A stretch of DNA of 64,000 bases from an uncultured Gammaproteobacteria bacterium (lineage in GTDB: Bacteria > Pseudomonadota > Gammaproteobacteria > UBA9214). A model generated the notes under the pieces. It saw only the letters and a list, made by a program, of their open reading frames with translations. It searched no databases and was not told where the DNA came from. The stretch spans positions 2,306 through 66,305 of the forward strand of contig CAVYHX010000033.1 of assembly GCA_963768415.1 (NCBI GenBank). The letters run 5' to 3'. A program made the translations under genes and the position numbers. This document shows, one piece after another, positions 59,059-64,000 of this stretch. The first letter of the stretch is position 1. Every line of letters begins with the position of its first letter.

Positions 59059-59706
59059 TCAGGGGGCGAGCCGTTCGATATGCCATGCGTCATGAGCCGC
59101 GTCATGAGTGTAGAGGAAACGGTCATGCAGCCGGTTTGTACGCGCCTGCCAGAATTCGATAGTGGATGGCCGTACCCGGAACCCGCCCCAGAATGCCGGC
59201 AGCGGCACCTCGTGGTCGTGCAGCTTGCGCTTCATTTCCGCTACCCGCGCATCCAGCAATGACCGCGAGGTGATGACCTGGCTCTGGGGTGACGCCCAGG
59301 CACCGATCTGGCTGCCGCGCGGGCGCGTGGCAAAATACTTCATGGACTCGGTAAAGGAAACCCGCGCTGCCGTGCCGGTGACCTTCACCTCCCAGCCGAG
59401 TGCAAACCAGGGAAATGACAGTGCCACCTGCGGATTCCCTGCGATCTGCCGGGCCTTGCGGCTTTCGTAATTGGTGAAGAATACGAAACCGCGTTCATCG
59501 TAGGTTTTGAGCAGCACGGTACGCACCCATGGCTGCACGTTTTCGTCCACCGTCGCCAGACTCATGGCGTTTGGTTCAGGAATTTCAGCCTCGATCACCT
59601 GCGTGAAGCGCTGTTCGAACTCCCGGTAAGGATCCGGATCCAGGTCCGCCCGCCTGAGGCCGGCTGCCATCCACTTTTCCTTGATAGCTTCTGCGCGTGT
59701 AGTCAT
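59059..59706 (-). CDS. pdxH: pyridoxamine 5'-phosphate oxidase
   Basis: RTVLLKTYDERGFVFFTNYESRK, FWGGFRVRPSTIEFWQ and RLHDRFLY motifs. Confidence 0.9.
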   Translation of the reverse strand: MTTRAEAIKEKWMAAGLRRADLDPDPYREFEQRFTQVIEAEIPEPNAMSLATVDENVQPWVRTVLLKTYDERGFVFFTNYESRKARQIAGNPQVALSFPWFALGWEVKVTGTAARVSFTESMKYFATRPRGSQIGAWASPQSQVITSRSLLDARVAEMKRKLHDHEVPLPAFWGGFRVRPSTIEFWQARTNRLHDRFLYTHDAAHDAWHIERLAP

Positions 59707-59816
59707 GGGTCAGTCGCTCCGGCGAACAATACAAGGCAGTGCATGGTAACCACAGCACCCGCAGCGCTCAACCCGGGATCAGCACCGGTTGGTGCAAACG
59801 CGAGGCCCGGAATGAT

Positions 59817-60353
59817 TCAGCGCAACTTGATGGTGGCGATAGCACCCAGCGCCGTCTGTATTTCCTGCAGGCTGGGATAACGCGCGCGAAAAGGGTAATT
59901 ATAGGCACCGCCGCAACTGAGGATCAGCACATCCTCCTGCTGATCCGAATGCAGCGTCATGCGGTAGGCTTCCATAATCCATTGCGCCGATCCCATATCC
60001 AGACCGGTGCTGATGGATGACGCCAGCATGATATTCCCGTCCGCCTGCTTGACCTGGTTGGTCATCCCCACAACCTTGCCGATCCGGTAGGTCCCGGCCG
60101 GTACGGTTTGCGGCGCTTCACTGAACTTCATTACTTCCAGTTCGCAGCGCGGATAAAACTCGTTGACACCATGCACCAGCGCCCCGTCCTGGAAGGCCAC
60201 ACGCACACGGCCCGGAGGAATAGTGACATCCTGGTGCAGTATGAATTCACCACCGGCAAGCACATGGAACAACTGGCTGGGTTTCAGCATCCCTGTCTGG
60301 CAGGCCGACAGGCCCAGCACAATAAGCAGCAATGAAATTACCAGGCGGGGCAT
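59817..60353 (-). CDS. hypothetical lipoprotein
   Basis: MPRLVISLLLIVLGLSAC lipobox. I recognise no family. Confidence 0.55.
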   Translation of the reverse strand: MPRLVISLLLIVLGLSACQTGMLKPSQLFHVLAGGEFILHQDVTIPPGRVRVAFQDGALVHGVNEFYPRCELEVMKFSEAPQTVPAGTYRIGKVVGMTNQVKQADGNIMLASSISTGLDMGSAQWIMEAYRMTLHSDQQEDVLILSCGGAYNYPFRARYPSLQEIQTALGAIATIKLR

Positions 60354-60676
60354 CAAGGTCTCCGTATCAGGAATCAGGCATCCGACTGTCATCAGTCACG
60401 GGATGCTCCAGCAATAGACATGGCTTGCGTAGTTGCATTGTCTTCATATTCAGATACTTCTGCCTTGATTATTCAATGCAACAAGCGTGCTCCGGAACAT
60501 TTCCCGTCAGACACCCGGTCAACAGGGGACTATCCGGTACCGGCACGCTTCAGAAAGACCCTCGCGCTGCCGATAGGAGCAGTTATGCATCGGTATAACC
60601 CTCTTTCCCCGCGATTGCAATCGGGCGCGATTTTAAGCACAGTGTGCCTCGTGAACAACATAAGGATATGTGACCC

Positions 60677-61576
60677 ATGAAAAGACACCTTCTGCTCTGC
60701 TGCCTGTCCGCCGGCCTCCTGCTCGCCACCACCCTCGTCGCTGCAGAGACACTGCAACTCGCCAGTGTGGGCCCGAATACGGAACCCGGACACCCGGCAG
60801 CGGACACCTGGCAGGCGCTGAATCCGCGCCAATTAAAACTCAAGTCGGCCGCCGCGCTGGTAATGGACCGGCAGGGCAATGAAATCTATGCCAAACAAGT
60901 AGACACCCCCATGCCGATCGCCTCGATCACCAAGCTGATGACCGCCATGGTCATCCTGGATGCGGAGCTGCCGCTGCAGGAGAAGATTACCATCAGCAAA
61001 GATGACCGCGACCTTATCCGTCTGACCGGATCGCGACTGAAGTACGGCGCCACCCTGACACGCAAGCAACTGTTGCAGTTGATGTTGCTGGCTTCCGAGA
61101 ACCGTGCGGCCAACGCCCTCGCCCGCACCTGGCCCGGCGGCCCGGATGAGTTCATCCGCGCCATGAACAGCAAGGCCGATTCACTGAATATGCATGCCAG
61201 CCGCTTCACCGACCCCGCGGGACTGGATGCCGGCAATGTTGCCACGGCAAGGGACCTGGTGAAGCTGGTACGCGCCGCCCGGCAATACCCGCTGATCCAT
61301 GCGGCCACCACCACACGCACCCTCAGTGTCCGGCCCTACAAGGGGCGCGGCGAACTGCGTTACGTCAACACCAACCGCCTGCTGCGCAATGATGCCTGGG
61401 AAATCCAGCTAAGCAAGACCGGTTACATCAACGAGGCCGGCCGCTGTCTTACCATGCAGGCCGAGATTGCCGACCACCCGCTCACCATTGTCCTGCTCAA
61501 TGCCTTTGGCAAGCTGACCCCCATGGGCGATTCCAACCGCATCCGCAAGTGGATCCAGGCCGGAATCGAAAACTAG
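60677..61576 (+). CDS. pbpG: D-alanyl-D-alanine endopeptidase/carboxypeptidase (S11, PBP7-like)
   Basis: Signal peptide plus SITK, SENR and KTGY active-site motifs. Confidence 0.85.
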   Translation: MKRHLLLCCLSAGLLLATTLVAAETLQLASVGPNTEPGHPAADTWQALNPRQLKLKSAAALVMDRQGNEIYAKQVDTPMPIASITKLMTAMVILDAELPLQEKITISKDDRDLIRLTGSRLKYGATLTRKQLLQLMLLASENRAANALARTWPGGPDEFIRAMNSKADSLNMHASRFTDPAGLDAGNVATARDLVKLVRAARQYPLIHAATTTRTLSVRPYKGRGELRYVNTNRLLRNDAWEIQLSKTGYINEAGRCLTMQAEIADHPLTIVLLNAFGKLTPMGDSNRIRKWIQAGIEN

Positions 61577-61581
61577 CGCGC

Positions 61582-61630
61582 AAAAAAAATGGGGGCATTC
61601 CAGATTATGAATAACTGGAATGCCCCCATT
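61582..61630. terminator. bidirectional hairpin terminator (family G hairpin)
   Basis: Perfect 16-bp stem aatgggggcattccag / ctggaatgcccccatt, flanked by eight A on the plus side (a T-run for the minus-strand gene). It lies between convergent genes. Confidence 0.7.
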
Positions 61631-61657
61631 GTGTTATATGTTCCGCGTCGTGTCTGA

Positions 61658-61951
61658 TTACTCCGGCGCACCGGCGCTGGTTGCCGGAAGCTCGTTGGGT
61701 TCAAACACATTCCCGGCGGTCATTGCCGCATCAGAATTCCCACTCGAGTCAGGCGTTGCATCGCGGTGTGATTTAACGAGGATCCGGTCGTCGATTTTCT
61801 GCGCCTTGATATGGGTGGGCACCATGTCCGCATAATTGACCTGGCCCTGACTGTCGGTCCATTTGTAGATGCCTTCCGCCTGGACTGGGACGAATAAGCC
61901 AGCCGCCAGCGGGGCTGCGCAGAGACCACATAAAAGCGTTGATTTTTTCAT
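61658..61951 (-). CDS. DUF4124-like small periplasmic protein
   Basis: Signal peptide followed by IYKWTDSQGQVNYAD, typical of DUF4124. Confidence 0.7.
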   Translation of the reverse strand: MKKSTLLCGLCAAPLAAGLFVPVQAEGIYKWTDSQGQVNYADMVPTHIKAQKIDDRILVKSHRDATPDSSGNSDAAMTAGNVFEPNELPATSAGAPE

Positions 61952-62564
61952 TATTTTTCACTCCTCAGATCCGCCTGCATCAAGCACCCCGAGGGGGTGG
62001 CTCGAATTCCAGGCGCGTTTAACCATGAACCAACCCTAATGGTGCTCCTGATTCCCGCAGCCAGTCAATACCAGGCAGATAGAAAAATCAGCAGAATCAG
62101 TCACTATTGATGCAGTTTTGTGTCCAAATCAGCCACATCGGGCCCATACACTGCCGGCGAACACGCGGATCGCGACTTCCATATTCATCGCAACGGCGCC
62201 CTGCTCAACCAGGGCGCCTCCTGTCGATGCACACGGCTCCGGCTCCTGCAACCGCAACGCGTGTGGATGCCGGGGCATCCGCGGCAACGATGTCATGTTC
62301 TGTTGCTACTGCGCGCGTCCATGCACGCGTGCCTGCCACGACAGGCAAGAGCTGCTCCCGTGATGGCCCAGGCCAGTCTCTCGACCCGGGCTATGCCCGT
62401 AATAATGGTCTCACCTTCTCCGGCATCCCGCGGCACTTGCACTCCTCGTGCATCGTCCATGTGCACGGTGCATGCGCACCGGGACGGTGCAGCGATCATC
62501 ACATGCACCGAAATGTCAGCGTGAATCCGGCGGCGGGTTAATTGCTATTTCAAGCGCGCATTCG

Positions 62565-62583
62565 ATGTGACAATTTGTCACAT
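62565..62583. promoter_or_regulatory. perfect 19-bp palindrome, candidate operator
   Basis: ATGTGACAA-T-TTGTCACAT in an AT-rich intergenic region about 155 bp upstream of the 62737 ORF. Confidence 0.35.
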
Positions 62584-62736
62584 AATTCTCGACTCTTTCA
62601 GATGTTAATGTGTTAAATTGCACGCATAACAACGTAATAATAATGCCGGCAATCTGACGCTATTACGGAACCGGTAACAGGCCTGACATCCTGGTGGACG
62701 TGGAGGAATTATCTGCAATCACAATGGAGAGATGTC

Positions 62737-62976
62737 ATGACGACTGTAAGCAGTATCTACACCCGTGCAAGGAGATGTCCACTCGCACACTCCATGGCAC
62801 TGACAACGATCATCTTTTTCGGGATCACGTTGTACTATGCGATTGAGCAGAAGACTGTCATGCTCAGCTCACTTGCCGAACCGATCATCGCGGTGTTACT
62901 CGGCCTTCCGACAGTGACCGCCTTTATAACATTTATTGTCGGCTCAAAATGCAGGATGAAGTTCGCTAAAACCTAG
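62737..62976 (+). CDS. small two-TM membrane protein, unknown function
   Basis: 79-aa ORF with GGAGAG 6 nt upstream of the ATG. It has two hydrophobic helices and a strong hairpin downstream. Confidence 0.45.
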   Translation: MTTVSSIYTRARRCPLAHSMALTTIIFFGITLYYAIEQKTVMLSSLAEPIIAVLLGLPTVTAFITFIVGSKCRMKFAKT

Positions 62977-63008
62977 CAGCCCCGAATGTCTGCAAACACC
63001 CCGGACAG

Positions 63009-63048
63009 GGAGCTGCGCTTGCATTTCTGAATGCAAGCGCAGCTCCCC
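63009..63048 (+). terminator. 18-bp perfect hairpin (terminator or REP), no T-run
   Basis: gggagctgcgcttgcatt tctg aatgcaagcgcagctccc. Confidence 0.4.
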
Positions 63049-63392
63049 CCGTCTATTACCCACCCAACGACCCGCCGCCCTGCAAGCCTCGACGCTGGCA
63101 GGCTGAATCCGTCTGCTGCTTGAGACATCGGTCCGTGCCTAATCCGGCACTATCAAGAGCAAGCGCCCTGTTTCCAGTGATTTTTCAGGTATCGGTCAAC
63201 CTGGCCGGGGATTAACAGGTGCCGCGCATCCCGATCTATCCATTGGTTTGGTAATTAATTCATACATAACAATAAGATATATATCTCGCGTCGAATAGAT
63301 CACATTCGCAGGCGCAACCGCCACGCTTTACTCTAAACGCGAATCATTGTATTTTAGATTTAGTTTTCAGAGCCAACCACACGGTCCCTACA

Positions 63393-64000
63393 ATGAAACA
63401 CCTGTTGATATCTGTCGCCCTGCTGATCAGCACCCTGCCCGTCCCGGGCATGGCCGCCCCCGATCTCGCCAGACTGGTGCAGCTCATCGACTACATCGGG
63501 GTGGACTACCGTGGCGCGATTGCCGGGGGGCAGGTTATCAACGCCGCGGAATATGAAGAGATGCAGGACTTCGCCCGGTCAGTCGTCGAACAGACCGCAC
63601 AGTTACCCCCGGGCGACCTGCGCGCACAACTCCAGACCGGCGCCACCACCCTGGCACGCCTGGTGGATCAACGTGAAGCGCCTGCCACAGTCGCCGCCGC
63701 CGCGGCCACCCTGCGCCATGGACTGATCGACAGCTACGCAATCAAGGTGGTCCCCCGCAAAGCCCCGCAGCTTGAACGCGCACAGCAATTGTACGCCGAC
63801 AACTGTACCGCCTGTCACGGCGCAAGCGGTCACGGTGACGGTAACCTGGCCCGCGGCATGCAACCGCCACCCACGGATTTCACCGATGCAGAACGCTATG
63901 GCCAGCGCACCCTCTACGGTTTGTACAGCACCATCAGTGCGGGGGTGGCCGATACCGCCATGCGCGGCTTCCCGGAGTTGAGCGAAGACGACCGCTGGAG
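63393..64000 (+). CDS. cytochrome c domain at the N-terminus of an FTR1-type iron permease-like protein (continues beyond window end)
   Basis: This frame is absent from the ORF track because it has no stop inside the window. My translation is MKHLLISVALLISTLPVPGMAAPDLARLVQLIDYIGVDYRGAI...LYADNCTACHGASGHGDG...RTLYGLYSTISAGVADTAMRGFPELSEDDRW. It has a signal peptide and a CxxCH heme site. Confidence 0.7.
   Translation, partial: MKHLLISVALLISTLPVPGMAAPDLARLVQLIDYIGVDYRGAIAGGQVINAAEYEEMQDFARSVVEQTAQLPPGDLRAQLQTGATTLARLVDQREAPATVAAAAATLRHGLIDSYAIKVVPRKAPQLERAQQLYADNCTACHGASGHGDGNLARGMQPPPTDFTDAERYGQRTLYGLYSTISAGVADTAMRGFPELSEDDRW

Noticed and set aside
63230-63392. A Fur box upstream of the cytochrome c/FTR1-type gene.
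   Set aside because: Only short fragments (aatcatt, ataacaataag) resemble the 19-bp GATAATGATAATCATTATC consensus, and no window matches well enough to report.
1-64000. A search for tRNA, rRNA, tmRNA and other structured RNA genes.
   Set aside because: I saw no cloverleaf-compatible segments with a GTTCGAATC-type T-loop outside coding regions, and no rRNA-like stretches. Intergenic regions are largely accounted for by REP/MITE repeats, promoters and terminators.

Overview
This is 64 kb of GC-rich (roughly 60%) bacterial chromosome. Gene content and repeat style look gammaproteobacterial, possibly a sulfur-oxidising autotroph, but the organism cannot be identified from sequence alone. I call about 55 protein-coding genes, mostly on the minus strand. 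I saw no rRNA, tRNA or CRISPR array.

Layout:
- 1-2.4 kb: a FecR/TPR/beta-barrel outer-membrane gene.
- 2.8-15.8 kb: a dense cyclic-nucleotide signalling island. It holds two class III cyclases, two MBL-fold hydrolases, three cNMP-binding modules, GAF/PAS/HAMP/c-heme sensors and a TLC-like transporter with HEAT repeats.
- 16.4-20.0 kb: a CAB-order succinate dehydrogenase/fumarate reductase operon.
- 20-28 kb: YjbQ, a beta-CASP RNase, a phosphoesterase, a secreted Gly/Tyr-repeat protein, an IMPase-family protein, TauE, a DASS symporter and DsbB.
- 28-34.7 kb: glutamate dehydrogenase plus a lipid-remodelling cluster (ACP-acyl-AMP ligase-acyltransferase fusion, alpha/beta hydrolase, PLD/cardiolipin synthase).
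- 35-41 kb: CapA, an unknown 388-aa protein, an M42-like peptidase, VanZ and a nitrilase.
- 41-47.3 kb: a repeat-riddled accessory stretch with a decayed RAYT gene, a PEP-CTERM protein and a low-GC islet.
- 47.3-64 kb: a lytic transglycosylase-like protein, mtnBDC, pdxH, mlaC-like, pbpG-like and the start of a cytochrome c/FTR1-type gene.

Two peculiarities run across the window:
- There are at least seven families of palindromic REP/MITE-like repeats. One is an element bounded by terminal inverted repeats and an 8-bp target duplication that carries tandem REP arrays.
- There are about 25 reading-frame breaks. All but two steps fit single-base insertions directly; the frdC step and the HEAT/cNMP-binding junction are ambiguous. 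All breaks lie in the first 32.4 kb and are confined to eight genes.

I found no recognisable defence, secretion or biosynthetic system. The most novel-looking candidates are the cNMP island and the composite REP/MITE elements.
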